Origin: Heptranchias perlo
Lineage: Eukaryota
Reading direction: 5' to 3'
Length of the DNA stretch: 64,000 bases
Assembly (NCBI RefSeq): GCF_035084215.1
Contig: NC_090364.1
Coordinates: 4,278,001 to 4,342,000, forward strand
A program made the translations under genes and the position numbers. The notes beneath the pieces were generated by a model. The model was given only the letters and a program-made list of their open reading frames with translations, did not search any database and was not told the DNA's origin. Positions 40,057-54,364 of the stretch are shown here, piece after piece (position 1 is the stretch's first letter; the number at the start of each line of letters is the position of its first letter).

Positions 40057-43000
40057 TCAATGCAGGCTGTGCTTGTCAAACAGGTACACTCCCATGCCAT
40101 TCTCAGGGGCTCCCAGTCTCTTCAGGTTGGTGATGTGATCTCCAAGCTTCTTGATCATCTTCACTTGTTCATCCAAGTAGTGGGTCTCCAGGAAGTCACA
40201 CAACTGGAAGAGAGAAACTAGTGAGTGTAGTTTGCTCAAACATGTCAAGGTGAGGATCATCTCCAGAAGTGACATTATTCTTGCTAATTTCCTGGACTAG
40301 AATAATGGTAAAAGTAGTGCACTTGGGGGGGATTCATACATTTAGCCAGACAAGACCAAGATTACCCCACAAATGGAAAGTCTGCTATTGTATTAAACTA
40401 GAAATCACCTTCAGTTCCATTTTGGTACCTTAGATATCAAGAGCCCTGGGAGTAGTTTAGTGAAACAAACCTATGAAAAACCACCAATTTATAAGTGGCA
40501 GATTCCAATTCCACCCTCAACTAATTTGAAACTTACATGAGGGTCAGTGCTCTCCTTGGACAGTCTGTGCAGATCCAGCAGACTCTGGTTCACATGCTTC
40601 TCCATCTGCAGAGCTCTCTGCATCACCTCCAGACCATTGCTCCACTCATCCTGCTCTGGCTTCTGAAAAAAAGGGAAGAGTTGTCTTGTCAGCACACCTA
40701 CAATGGAAGCTGAAAGTCCAAGCACTGTTATTCTCAAGAACAGCAGGGTTAGAAGCAATGGACATTAATCGTGCACCTGAAGAATAGGAATACAAGGAAG
40801 GATTGTGGAGTCAATAACTGGGATGACATTGGAGGCCATTGCTGGATACTAGGAGCCGATCAGTCCATTGACTGCCATTTTAAACTTGCAGCTCTAATCC
40901 CAATTCCCACCTTTTTCCCATAACCCTAAACACCCTCCAAGTAGTTATGCATCCCTTTTGAAATAGGGAATTGGCTTTGCATCTATGGCTTTCTAGATTA
41001 GAAAGCACTGTCAACTTGAAGCTTGTAACTATTTTTGCACTTGCAAACTAGTTTAAAAGTTGCATGTACTTGGATCCTCAAGTTGCTTTTTAAATATGTT
41101 CACACCTCCCCTCAAAAATCCTTCCTTTAGAAGGTTCTGCAATCTGCCATTCTTGTATTGTACTGGGAAGCAGTACAAACATCTACCAATGCCATTTAGT
41201 GGTGAATTGGAGGAAAACAAGACTATGTCTTACTTTAGAGTTACTGACCAGCCTTGATCAACTCTTCCAAATATAAAAAAGTGTTTCTCCTGGAGTGGTT
41301 AGGGCCTGAACAAAAGGGCATGAGGGTGGTTACAAGGAGTGTGAACTTACTAGTTGACAATATTCCTTTAACCCCATTTCTTCCTCTGATCTCCACACCA
41401 GTTTCCTATTAATGTTACAATTTTTCTTCCAGTTCCTTGCCCCACAAAGATTTAGTTAGCAATTTGTGCAGAAACTCATCTTTCTGAACATCCACATACA
41501 TTGATCCTCCTATATCCACTAGCTCAGTGACCCAAAGAACATCAACTCACCCTAATCACTTATACCTTTCCAAGTCCTCACTTATTCTTGCCCAATACTA
41601 ACTATTTTACTCAATCTCACTTGCTTTTAAGAACTTTTGGGTGTAATGGCAAGATATCAAACTATTTAAAATAATGAGGAAACTTTTTAAGCTACCCAAG
41701 ATTCATGACATTAAATCTAACCTTGACGTCCTCCAAGATGATTCGGCCCCCACGCTGATTCTGGAATTTCAGCAGTTTCTCAGCGTGCTCCCGTTCCTCA
41801 TGTGACTGCTCCTTGAAGAACTCAGCAAAGTGACGCAGGGCAACATCATCCCGGTCAAAGTAATAGGACTGTGGGGAAAGACAAAAATGGGAAGAGTCAG
41901 GTCAGGCCTAAATCTCATCCATGGCCAGCTCAAAATGATAGTAACATCATGGTAGATAAATTACCCATTTGCTGACTCAATACTTCGTTTTCAATTAAGG
42001 GGCACAGTTTCTAAACAAAAAGTGTTTTCCTTGCAAGTCAAACTCAATTTGATTCATTGATCTTCTAAAAATGTTGAAAATCCCTCCATGAAGTAACCAA
42101 GAGTTCATTAGAAGAAGGACACATTATGGAGCAATAGGGCTTTTTGGATTAAAGTTTCATTTCAGCAATCAAACTACACTTCAGCTCAACTTATCAGTGG
42201 CATCTACTTCAGTTCCCAGATAGAAGTCTAAAATTAGTGCAGGGAAGAGAGCAAAAGGTTTCAAATTCAGTAGTTTAACAACTTCAAACACTTGGGGCTC
42301 GATTTTAGCGTCAGGTTTCCTGCGGGTTTCCAGCAGGGGGGGGCCCCGAAAATCCCGATATTCAGTCACGTGACCGGATCACGCCGAGATCCCAGCCACT
42401 TCCGGGTGCCGCGCAGGCCCCGCTGGTGGGAATCCCGCAGGCAATTAAAGCCAGCGGGGTTCCACTTGAGTGTACTTACCTTGCTTGTTGAGGTCATTAA
42501 ATGAGCTGAAGCAGCTGTCAAAACAGGAAGTGTGGGATTTTAGCTTCAACGCAGTGTGTTTCACACACTGGTAGAAGCAGTCTCCCTTCAACCGGTCGTG
42601 TTCCAGCCAGCAGCCTGTGGCAGCTGCCAAAGGTGCACTCCACAGCGGGTGGGAGAGCCCTCACCCACGCAGGAGGCCACCGCGTCACGTAGGGCAACCC
42701 CTGCCCTCCACCACCCCCGCCAAGCCAGAGGACAGACCGACGTGAAACCGCAGCCCCAGTGCGAGGAACCACCTACCTAGCCTGCACAACCCCTCAGACC
42801 AACACCTGCCAGATGGGTGGTGCGTTGACATCCTCGGAGGACGAACAGCATGACCAGCCCCAGCAGCCTCGCAGTCCACCTCGGAGACGTGGAGCCCCCC
42901 AACACGGTGCTGCGGCACACCCACCTGCACAGCAGGAGGGAGGGCAACCGCAGAGAGAGATGCGTCGCAGGAGGCACTACCCTCCGCACAGGGTGTACAG

Positions 43001-46000
43001 ACCGAGGCTCCCCTACACACGTGGCTCATGACGCCTCTGAGGAACCCCATCACCGAGCCGGAGCGTCGGTACAATGACAGCCACACTGCTACCAGGTCTA
43101 CAATTGAGCAGACCATAGGGCTGCTCAAGATGCGCTTCGGGTGCCTTGATCGTTCTGGGGGAGCGCTCCAATACACACCATTCAGAGTGGGACGAATCAT
43201 AGTTGTCTGCTGTGCCCTGCATAACATGGCACTACAGAGAGGGGTGCCGCTGGAGGAGGCCCAATCCACACCCGCCACCCACGTTGAGGACGGCGATGAG
43301 GAGGAGGAGGACGCGGATGCGCCAGAGGATGGTGGACGACCCATGCGCCGAACCACGACTCACCGGGATGCTCGCCGGGCCAGGGAGGCACTCATACGTC
43401 AACGGTTCTCCTAGAGTCAGACAGTGCAAGGCGCCCACATCTCCACACCTGCGAGGGGCCATACCAGCCCCCTCCACTGAAGACTGTTGCCAGTACTCCT
43501 GCACCCACAGCAGTGTGCCCAATGGGTGGCAGCAGGTGTTCGCCGTCATGATGGCCTGCACGGAACGCACCTATTGCACAGGCCGCGGAAGAATGGACGA
43601 GAGGTGGCAGGAGTGGTGAGAATATAGTATTTAATATGTACAATGTGAGATAATATAAACAAAAAGTGTACAAATTAATAGACACCCTGGTGCATTCCCT
43701 TTGTGCTTATAACGCCTTTGGATTTATTTTGCGGGTACCCCTACGTGGTGCTACCCCTGTGGCTCCAGCAGAGGTAGTGGCAGGTTGCTCCTGTTCTCGC
43801 CCTGACCGGGTAGATGCTTTGGGCGGACGGCCCCTGGGTTTCGGTGCCCGTGAGGGCACCTCCACAGACTGCTCCTCCTGCACCGGGGCAGGGGCAGACT
43901 CGGCCACCTGGAGAGGAGGCACCATTGCGGGTACTGGTTGAGGGGGGGCAACGGGTGGGACGTGGGGGCGCCTTGAGAAGCGTCCCCGCTTCCATGTCCC
44001 CGGTCACCATCATCCCTCTCGTGGCCTCGGCCCACATCACCCCGTCCACCCTGCTGGACGGCAGTTTGGATGGCATGTGTGAGGCCTTGCAAGGCCACCT
44101 AGTGTATCCGTCAGCCTGTTTATGGCGGCGGAATGTTGCTCACCCTGAATCCGTACAGCCGTTGTCAGGGCCTGCACGGACTCGATGTGGAGCTGTGCGT
44201 GACGCTCGAGGGAGGCCAGCCTGTCCTCCACCGCAGACATTCCTGCGACACTGTCGCTGGTACCCTCCTGTACCTGCGCCACCAATGCCCTCATGCAGGA
44301 GTTGGACTCCTCCATCGCCTGCGCAATTGTGGACAATGCACGCGGCACCTCTCCCAGTACCTCAGCAATTAGCTGGTGCCCCTCGACAACTCTCCTTTTC
44401 ACTGGTGGCCCCCTGGGTTCAGCATCTGGGTCCGGCTGAGCAGAGCCTGGAGATGAGTGCTCCCACCGACGCAGACCCTCCGCGGCTGCCCCTGCCACCA
44501 GGGTCTGCTCATGCTCACTCGTGCGCGGTGAATCACCAAGTGCTACCCCAACTAGTTGGCGAGGGGGACCCACCGAGGTGCGTGTCTCTGCGCTGGTGGA
44601 TGGTTGGCTCAGATGTGACGATGCACCCTCAGAGACCGGCATATCCTCTGAGGAATCGCCCTCCTCAATCGCAGCGCTCGCAGACGGCCCTGCAAGAGAA
44701 CAGAGGGCACTATGAGGCATGTGCACCAACGTTACGGTGCGCCTGATGGCAGGTGATGATACGGTCACTCGCGATCATGGGTGTTGAGTGTCAGCTTTCC
44801 CTTACCGGCCGTTTCTGCAGCGACAGACTCGCCATCTGCGACCGACAGGCAATGTGGTGTGCGGGCGAGGTCGAGCGCCTCCACCTCTGCGTCTGCGTCG
44901 GTGAGGTCTACCAGGTGCGGCGGGCCACCTCCGGTGCGTGCCCTTTCCCTGTGGCTCTTGCTCCTCTTCTCCCGTCAAGGCAAAACACAGATGCGTGAGT
45001 GGGTGCGTATTGCATAGTGAGACGCATCGAGCATCGGTGTGGGTGGGTTGAGCGTGGGGCAGATGGATGGGAGGATGCGTGTGCCACATGCTCATCCCAT
45101 TGCATAGGGATTGGGGTGTGTGGTAGTGTTCGGGTGGGGACAGGGACGGTGGGTACTTGCGGGCACGGCGAGGATGGTGAGTGAGTGGCTGTGAGGATTG
45201 CTGCGGGAGCGCTGTGTTGGCTCTGCAGGAGGGGTTGTGATCTGTTTGGCGTGATGGTGGGGACGGGTTGTGGGAGGGTGCGTTAGTGTACTCACCTTGC
45301 CGGACCTAGTGAGGTAATTGAACCGCTTGCGGCACTGCTCCCATGTCCTTGGGGTGTTGGCCCTGCTGCTGACCTCCGCCGCCACCTCTGCCCATGCCTT
45401 CCTGGTGGCGGCAGCAGGGCACTTGCGTCCATCCGCAGGGAAGAGCGTGTCCCTCCTCCTCCTCACGCCCTCCAGCGTCAGCTGAGGCGCAAGGTCTGAA
45501 AAACGTGGCGCAGCCTTTCCCCTCGGGTGAGCCATCATCTGTAGCCTACTGATTGCAGCAGGAGGGGCTTTGGGAGACTGCCCCTTTAAGTGGAGCTCCT
45601 ACATCGCGTCGACGCAGCTGGGGAGCGGAGAACCCGGAAGCAGGGCTTAACCAGGTCAATTATCCCACGATCGCACGGGGGACGCACGCAATTAGCCGTC
45701 CGCGTTTTCCACGCTCCCGGAGGACCACCTGCTGGGAACCCGCAGGCCTGCTAAAATCAAGCCCTTAGTGTCACCTCAGTGAGGAAAACTTCAGCACAAC
45801 AGGAGTATAAGTATGTCAGTCAATTAGAAAGGGGAGGGGAAGAAAGCCAGAACCAGCCAATGTTCCACTAACTAGTCACCCAAATCTAATTTCCCCCCAC
45901 CAAGTTGCAAAAGTCAAACAGGTTTATGAATCCTCAAGATGAATTCTCTATTACAAACTTAATGGAACCCTTGAGTTAACATCAGGATAGGACACAGCTA

Positions 46001-46296
46001 TTAGAGCAGGGAACAATCTGTTAATAAGACCTTCAATGAAATCATTGTGGTAAGAGTATTCACTAGATTGAGACTGGGGAGGTCACAGAGGTACACTCTG
46101 AAGCCAATTCATTGACAAGAAACTCTATCTGCTTAGAATACAATGACATCACAGCCTTAATTTTGAAACTGTGCCCCAAAAATACAAAACTCACCATAGA
46201 GAGATAAACATAGGAGGAATAGAGCTCCATATTGATCTGCTTGTTGACACCATCCTCACACTCCTTGTGATAGTTCTGCCACACTTGGGAGGCCAT
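40057..46296 (-). CDS. fth1: Ferritin copy 6 (duplicate of copy 5); exons 46195-46296, 41722-41868, 40537-40662, 40057-40203
   Basis: Identical exons to copy 5 at offset 15881. Confidence 0.92.
42295..45764 (+). mobile_element. Harbinger transposon, duplicate of 26414-29883
   Basis: Same TIRs, transposase remnant (43028-43414) and Myb/SANT exon (45296-45538). Confidence 0.92.
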
Positions 46297-47366
46297 CTTA
46301 ACTTTTACTATTAGCAAAACTCTCACTTTAAACACCACTGCAGAAACAATGTCACCTCTTCCCTCACAAGCTTTTGTATTTATATTACTGGGACAGCCTG
46401 CATTTGAACAGGTTATGACATCACCAATGATGATTGACAATCCCTGATAGCCACTCAGGAATCGTCCATGAATCCAGGCACCAATTAACAAAGGACAGGG
46501 GGTGGGGTGTGATTCCCAGAACCAATCAGAACTTTGGAATACAGGCAGGATTGGAGGATTATTGTGTGATGTCATTGCTGTTGGTTTCTTTGACTTTCCT
46601 CAAACGAAATCTGATCACATCTCTGTTGGGTTGTCTTTCAGACACACCAGCTCGGCATTGGAGCTGATTCTGGCTGAACTGCCACTGAGTGGAGAGCAGA
46701 GAGAGCAGAGGGAGCAGGCCCTTGCCCGGGTCCCTCTGAGTCAAGGAGAAGGAGAAGGAGAAACCACCATCAACAAGGAGGGAGGGAGGGAGGGAGGGAG
46801 AAGAATACTACCAAACAGCAGCCGGGAGGGGTTGTGCTGCTGCTGCTGCTGCTGGTTTGCGACACCGAACAGAGGGAGGAAGAGGAGGTCGGTGCAGTGA
46901 GGTGCGTCGGCTGAAGGTAGGGGGAGGAAGAAGACTTCAGAGGACAGGGGTCCCCCCCAAGTGTCTGGCCCAGGACAGCTGGAGCTGCCTGGGTGAAGTT
47001 ACTTTTTCAATCTTTGGAGGACTGAGCCTCGGCAGCTCCAGCTGTCTAGGGGAAGACATCTCCTCCCCCTGCCCACTGGAAGACAGACAGAAGAAGATCC
47101 ACCTTTTAAGGTGCAACCCCGCCCCTCTTCCACCCACTTCTGCAGCAGCCTACCCCTGCAGACTCCCTCCTTCCCATTCCACCATTAATCCCTCCCACCT
47201 TCTCTTGCTCTCCCGGATATTCTGGGGGAAAGTAAAACCAGCAAAGGGGCCCCTCTCCCAACCAAGCTCTGGGATTCGGGGAGAGAGGTTTCCTCAGGGC
47301 TTCTTTTAAAAAGGCCTAATTTCATCAGTGGGCCCGAGACTTGGGGTGGGTGTGGCTCCTGAAGTC

Positions 47367-49405
47367 ATGGCGTCACCATCTTCGCCGGTGCCAGGACCCA
47401 GCAGGACGTATGCGGCGGTTACCTCGGGGGCCGCTCCTACAGTTCGTGCCGCTCCTGCTGGGCCGGCGCCTTTCCGCCTCATTACCAGGAAGCATGGGGT
47501 GAAGAGCTACGCCCACCCCAACATGACCATTGAGGCCTGCGTTAAGGCCATGGCCGAGGTTGTCGGCCCCTCGGCCATCGTCGCGGCCTCAAAAATGTAC
47601 GGGAGGGCGGTGTTCTTCCTGAGGTCCGAGCGGGCGGTGTCCCTGGCCCTTAGTAAGGGGCTCACGGTGGGCGGGACCTTCCTGCCGGTGGACCCGCTGG
47701 AGGCCACCGCGCAGCGGGTCATTCTATCTAACGTCCCGCCTTTCCTGTCGGACGAGCTCCTCCTCCCCCACCTACGTCAACTGGGGGAGGTGAGGTCGGG
47801 GGTAACGCCGCTGCCGCTCGGACTCAGGGAGAACAGCCTCCGGCATGTTTACTCCTTCCGTCGCCAGGCATTCGTCAAGCTGGCACGGGAGGAGGTTACG
47901 GAGGGGGGCTTTAACGCCCTCCACGAGGGGACCCCTTACCGCGTCTTTTGGACGGCAGAGGGTGGGCGGTGCCATGCCTGTAAGGAGGTGGGGCACCTGA
48001 AGAGGAACTGCCCTGCCTCTCAGGCCGCCAAAACAGCTACGGCGGCCGGGGCTGGCGCCGCCACCGCTCCTCCCCCCCAACCCCGCCCCCGCGTCGGGAG
48101 AGTCAACTGCGCGGGTGGAGGTTGTCGGCGAGGCCTCCGCCGGGGGGGGGGGGGGGAGCGGGGGGAAGGGAACCCTCGCCCGAAAAAAGCGCGGAGAAAG
48201 AGAAAGAATCTCGAGGCTGGTCCCCAGGACATGAATAATCTTAGTCAGCCCGAGGCCGTGACCGCGGCCAGTCAACACCTCGCGGTCGCGACAGAGCCCG
48301 GGCTGGCGGGTGATCAGGAGGGAGCGGAGGTGGGGGCCCCAGCAGACATGGAGCTCCCCCTCCCTCCGCGACCCTCCGGGAAGGAAAGGCCCCACTCCCT
48401 GGAAGCGGAGGGGGGTTCCTGGTAAGGGACGGCCCCCCGTGGAAGGGGAGGTGGTGCCAGCCACGGATCCTGTGGCCCCGCCCATTATTTCTAACCAGCG
48501 GCGGGGGTCGTCTGCCTCTCGGGGGGAGGTGACCGAGCCCGTGCCTCCCGGGGGGGATGGGGAGACCCTGCTGATGGGGGGGGTCGCGGATCCGTGTACT
48601 GACGCCAGTATCCCGTTCACCGGGTCGGGCGTCCTGGGTGCCGGGTTGGGCGAGGCCGTTGCGGCCGAATTCGTCTGCCCCCGGCTTGACCTCTCCCAGG
48701 ACCTGCTCGACCTGGTGGTTGGTTTTAATCGAAACATCTCACCGGCCGGGTCGGTCGGTGGCGGTGTGGGTGGGGAGACCCCCTCCTCTCAGTCTCTGGG
48801 CACGGTGCCGGGTGAGGTGGGAGAACACGTTCTCCCCGGTTTCCCCCTATATCCGGGTGCCAGTTTTTCACCGCTCGGAGGCTGGGGAGGGTCCCCGCCC
48901 GGCGCCGCCCTCTGACCCGGACCCCCCGGTGGAGCCCGGGGAGGACTCCTCTGCCGACGATCCTGGGGGTGGGATCGTGACAGAGGCGGGGCCGGCCGGC
49001 GCGGCCGTCCCGTTCTCCGCACCCTGTGCGGGGAGTGGGTCGGCCGCGGGCGACGATGACCCGGAGGAGGACGGAGACTCGGTGGTGGGCACTTGGGAGG
49101 ATTTAGAGTTCGCCGCCAGTGAGGTGGTGGACGCCCTCGTGCCCGACACCGAGTCTCCCCTCATCCCCGTTGAGGAACTCCGGAATTTTGCGTCCGGTTG
49201 GAGCCATCGTCGCGATGGCGTCCGGCGGGCCCTCGACCGTTGGTCGGAGCCGGCGCAACTAATCTGCTCGGTCCGGGCTGCCGTCGCGTCCGTGGCCGCG
49301 GAAGGGGACGGCGGCGGGGTCGGGCTGCGCCGGCTCAGTTCCCTCCTCGCCGGGCTCTTGGGGGAGTGGCGGTCGACTAGCGGCCCCGCTCCCTCTGCGC
49401 TTTAG
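47367..49405 (+). pseudogene. Tx1 copy B ORF1, frameshifted
   Basis: Same protein as 31478-33519 in several frames. Confidence 0.8.
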
Positions 49406-49434
49406 GTTTAAGTAGGTTGCGCTGTGCTCTTGTC

Positions 49435-52400
49435 ATGGAGATCACCATAGCCAGCCTCAACATCAACGGCGGCAGAGACGCCCGCCGTAGATTTGACAAG
49501 TTCTCGGTCCTGCGGGACGGGAAGTATGCGGTGTGCTTTCTGCAGGAAACCCACACCGTTCCGGGAGACGAGGCCACGTGGATCCTGGAATGGGGAGGGG
49601 GGGTCTACTTGAGTCACCTCGCCAGCGTTTCGAGCGGGGTGGCCATCTTGTTGGCCCCGACTTTTCAGCCGGAGATCTTGGGGGTCAAGGAGCCGGTGCC
49701 GGGCCGCTTGCTCCACGTGGCCCTTCGCCACGGGGACGTGCCGCTTCACCTGGTGAACGTGTACGCCCCCTGGTCCGGAGCCGAGCAAGTGAGCTTCTTT
49801 GAGGAAGTGTCCACTTACCTAAACTCCGTCGACGCCGGCGAGTGCATTATCCTCGGGGGGGATTTTAACCGTACCCTCGAGGCGAGGGACCGCTCCGGTC
49901 CCGCGCGTGCCCGAACGGCGACGGAGAAGTTGAGGGACCTGGTCGGGTCCTTCAACTTGGTGGACGTCTGGCGGAATCTCCATCCCGACTCCGGCCAGTT
50001 CACCTTTGTGAGGGCCGGAGGAGGGAGCTCCAGAATCGACCTCCTGTACGTTTCGCGGGCGTACGCCTCCTGCGTCCCGTCGGCCTCCATCCGGCCGGTG
50101 TCGTGCTCGGACCACTACCTGGTGTGGATGGAGCTCGCTCTGCTCCGCGCCCGGTCGGGGTCCGCGCACTGGCACTTTAACAACCGGCTGCTGGAGGACG
50201 CGCGGTTCCGGGACTCGTTCCGTCTGTTCTGGAGCGACTGGAGAGGGAAGCGGGGAGGCTTCTCCTCCTTGAGGCTATGGTGGGACGTGGGCAAGGCTCA
50301 CGTCCGCCTCTTCTGTCAAGAGTACGCGAGGGGGTCGACTAAGAGGCGGGAGTCCGAGGTCAGGCGGTTGGAGCAGGAGGTGCTTGGCCTGGAGTCCCGT
50401 CTCGGTCAGGCCGCCGAGGATCCGGCCCTGCGGCAGGTGTACGAAGAGAGGAAGGACGCTCTGAGGGACCTGCAACTGGTCGGGTCCCGAGGAGCGTACG
50501 TGAGGTCGCGGCTCCAGCTCCTTCAGGACCTGGACTGCGGCTCTCCCTTCTTCTACTCGCTGGAAAAGCGGCGGGGGGCTCGTAAGCAGCTCCTTACGCT
50601 GCTGGCCGACGACGGGTCCCTCGTCTCGGACCCGGAGGGAGTCAGGGCCCGTGCTCGATCTTACTACGAGGCTCTGTTCTCTCCGGATCCGTCCAGCGAG
50701 GAGGCGCGCAGAGTTTTGTGGGAGGACCTGCCGAAGGTTGGCCCGGAGGACGCCGACAGTATGGATGCTCCGCTGAGTTTGGCGGAGCTGACCGGCGCCC
50801 TCCACCAGCTCTCCAGGGGCAAGTCCCCGGGGCTGGACGGGCTGACCGTGGAGTTCCTCAGGGCCTTCTGGGACGTCCTGGAGGGCGACTACGCGCGGGT
50901 CCTGGGGGAATGTCTGGCGACCGGGCGGTCGTGGCGCAGAGCGGTCGTGGTCCTGCTGCCTAAGAAGGGGGATCTCCGTCACCTTAAAAACTGGCGCCCG
51001 GTCTCCCTCCTCAGCACGGATTATAAGGTCTTTGCCAAGGCGATGTCTGCTCGCCTGGGCACCGTGCTGGCCCACATGATCCACCCCGACCAGTCCTACA
51101 CGGTCCCGGGCCGGAAGATCCACGATAACATCCATCTGGTCTGGGACCTGATCCACCATTCCCAGAGGGCTGGTCTGTCGGTCGCCTTCCTTTCCTTAGA
51201 TCAGGAGAAGGCGTTCGACAGGATGGATCACGAGTATCTATTCGGGACACTGCGCGCTTTCGGGTTCGGGTCGCATTTCGTCGCTCGGATCCGACTTCTG
51301 TACGCCGCCGCGGAGTGTCTGATTAAGGTTAACGGATCCTTGACTGCGCCCCTTCGCTTCGGGAGAGGAGTGCGTCAGGGGTGCCCCATGTCCGGCCAAT
51401 TATACGCCGTCTGCGTGGAGCCTTTCCTGCGCCTCTTGCGCAAGAGGTTGTCGGGACTGGCTCTGCGCGAGCCGGACGTGGAGGTCGTCCTTTCGGCTTA
51501 CGCCGACGACGTGCTCCTCGTGGTCACGGATCCCCTTGACTTGCAGAGGATGCGCGAGTGCCAAGAGGTCTACTCTGCGGCGTCTTCCGCAAGGATCAAC
51601 TGGGAGAAATGTTCCGGACTCCTGGTGGGTCAGTGGCGGGTGGACTCCCTGCCGGAGGAGCTCAGGCCTTTCGCCTGGAGTACCACGCACCTCCGGTACC
51701 TGGGAGTCTACCTCGGCCCTGCCGAGGAAGCCTGGCCGGCGAACTGGGAAGAGCTGGAGGCCAAGGTCGCCGCTCGCCTGGCGCGCTGGACAGGACTGCT
51801 CCGAGTGTTATCCTACAGGGGTCGAGTGCTGGTCATAAACCAGCTGGTGGCCGCCATGTTGTGGTACAGATTGGTCACTTTGACCCCACCCCCCGAGTTT
51901 GTCGCCAAGATTCAGAGGAAGTTCGTCGACTTCTTCTGGGCCAAAGGGATACACTGGGTCGCTGCCGCGGTCCTGAGTCTCCCGCTTAGGGAGGGCGGTC
52001 AGGGGCTGGTGTGCGTCCGCACCCAGGTGGCAACTTTCCGCCTTCGGACGCTGCGGCGATACCTGTACGTTGAGCGTCCTCTTAGATGGCGTGCGCTGGC
52101 GACGTATTTTTTCCGCCAGCTGCACGGCCTGAACTACGACACGCAGCTCCTGTTCCTCTCGCTGGTGGGCGGCCGCACGTCTTTGCAGGAGCTGCCTGTC
52201 TTTTACCAGGATCTGCTCAGGGTCTGGAACATGGTCGCCTCCGGTCGGTGCTCTCGCCCGTCAGGGGTAGCGGCCGTCCTGCAGGAGCCGCTGCTCGGGA
52301 ATCCGTTCCTCCGCGATATCGGCTTCGGCCACTCGCGGCTGTCGGTGCGGAGGGCCGTGGCCGGTCGGGTGACCAGAGTCAGGGACGTCCTGGATGGCGG

Positions 52401-53325
52401 TGGGTCGGGTTAGTTGGAGCCGTGGGCGCTCGCCGCACGGATGTCCTCGTGGCGTGCCGGGGACGCAGCCGCCGCCATCCAGGCGTTGAAATCGGCGCAC
52501 GGACCTGACTCCACTCGGGATGTGGAGGCGGCTCAGGCGTGCGGAGCCATCCCGTCCGACCTGACCCCCGTTCGGACGGAATTCCTCCTCGGCGCCAAAC
52601 CCCGGAACCTCCCTCGGAGGGCTGTGCCTCACAACTTGAGCCGTCTCTCGGAAATTCCCTCCGTGCCGTTTCACACCGCGCGGAGGGATTTCCTGTACGG
52701 GCTGCTCCTGCACACCATCCACTTCCTCGCCCTCGTCTCTCGCCCGGACACGCCCTGGCGTACCGTCCTGCCGTCCGGCGGAGGCCCCCAGTGGAGGGCT
52801 CTCTACTCGGGGTTCCTCCCGTGTTACATCGGGGATCTGGGGTGGAGGGTGGCGCACGGAGCAGTCGCGTGCAACCGGCGGTTACGCCATTTTACGGACT
52901 CCCAGGCCGCCTGCAATTTTTGCGGCCTGGATGAGTCCGTGTTTCATTTTTTCGCTGGGTGTGGGAGACTGCAGCCCCTGTTTGATTATTTGGAGGGGCT
53001 GCTCCTCAAGTTCTGGCTGCACTTCAGTCCCACGCTCCTGATCTTTGGGCGCCCGGTGAGGAGGGGGGCGGGCAGGTCGGTGGACGTCCTCGTGGGCTTC
53101 CTCCTGGGCCTGTCCAAGGTGGCCATCCACAGGTCCAGGTTGCTCGCGGTCCGTGGGGGCGGTCGCTCGGCCTGTCTGCTTCTCTTCCGCGGAATGCTCC
53201 GCGCCCGGGTGGCCCTGGAGATGGAGCATGCGGTGTCTGCCGGTACACTCGAGGCTTTCCGCGACCGATGGGCACCGCAGGGGCTGGAGTGTATCCTGAA
53301 CAAGGAAAATAAAATTTTAATTTGA
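49435..53325 (+). pseudogene. Tx1 copy B ORF2, disabled
   Basis: In-frame TAG at 52411-52413 (TGG in copy A) and a 9-bp deletion near 50925 (ATGEMPLSWRR -> ATGRSWRR). Confidence 0.92.
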
Positions 53326-54364
53326 TGCCTGGTTTTGGTTTATTTTGTTTTTAGTATTTAAGAAAGAAAAAAGAAAAAAAAAAATCTGATGACATCTCTG
53401 TTCCCAGAATCAGAGCTTCACAACATATCTCAAAGAGATCGATGAGTTTACAAATGGAAATCCCATCCCGTAGATGGTGTCGAGCACAATCGGTTCTAAG
53501 TTATCCCGTCTCTTGGACAATTGATGGGAATCTAGGTGTGTCCAGAACGAGTCCGTTATACCCAGATTCACAATGTTGATCAGCACAATAGATTGAAGGA
53601 GACTGACCTTCACCAGACGGTCCGCAGTGAGTCCGCAAACCAACCGACAACGAGTCGGGGAAATGGAAAGTGGATCAGTCGGGAGCTTCAAACAGAACTC
53701 TGTTGCTCCATCACTGTAAAGGGTGATATGGAGTTTTATCCCCATGAAATTTAAGAACTGCAAAGTCCAGTAATTAGTTTGCACTGTTTCTTCATTGCCT
53801 GAAAATCTCAAGGCCGTTTGAGGAAAGTTTTTACCCTGAAGCGTCAACCGTCTTGTGTTTTCTCCACCGACACTGCCTTATCGTTTATAGAGACATCCCC
53901 TGCCAGTTAAGCCAATATTTAGTTTGTAGATAGTTTAATCATGTTTAACAGCTCACCTTGTCTGCCAGCTTAGTCTTTGAGAATATTTAATGAGCTCATG
54001 TGCATAAGTACTTTCAAATGAAGTTAATTCATTCCCTTTAGGTTAACTATTTTTGAACATTAGAGGTATTTCATCATCTAAACTCATCCCCACACACTTT
54101 GTGGGTTCAGGGCAGTCTTTTTGAACAAGTTGTGGTAATTAGAAATATACAAAGTGAAGTATGGAAGATAATGTACAGCAACTGTTTGATTAAAATTAAC
54201 CGGTGGATTCCTGTAACAGGTAGTGATGCTGTAATAGAAATTGTGTTTAACTTGTTGGGAGACACAAATTGTACAAAAGCAAATGATTCTTCCAGTATAT
54301 CAGTACAGATCTCTCCACTTTACCCAACACCAAGTACGATATTCTGCAGTTTGATGTATGGTTG

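Larger units (their letters stand above)
21852..53384. repeat. Recent tandem segmental duplication, period 15,881 bp (21852-37732 and 37733-~53384)
   Basis: ORF tracks repeat at offset 15881 (e.g. 22088/37969, 27147/43028, 30182/46063); non-Tx1 part essentially identical (one SNP seen at 26301/42182). Confidence 0.95.
46628..53384 (+). mobile_element. Full-length Tx1-clade retrotransposon, copy B, with conventional TSD
   Basis: TSD (aaa)tctgat[c/g]acatctctgtt at 46610-46627 and 53385-53402; poly(A) added before the 3'UTR hairpin. Confidence 0.95.
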
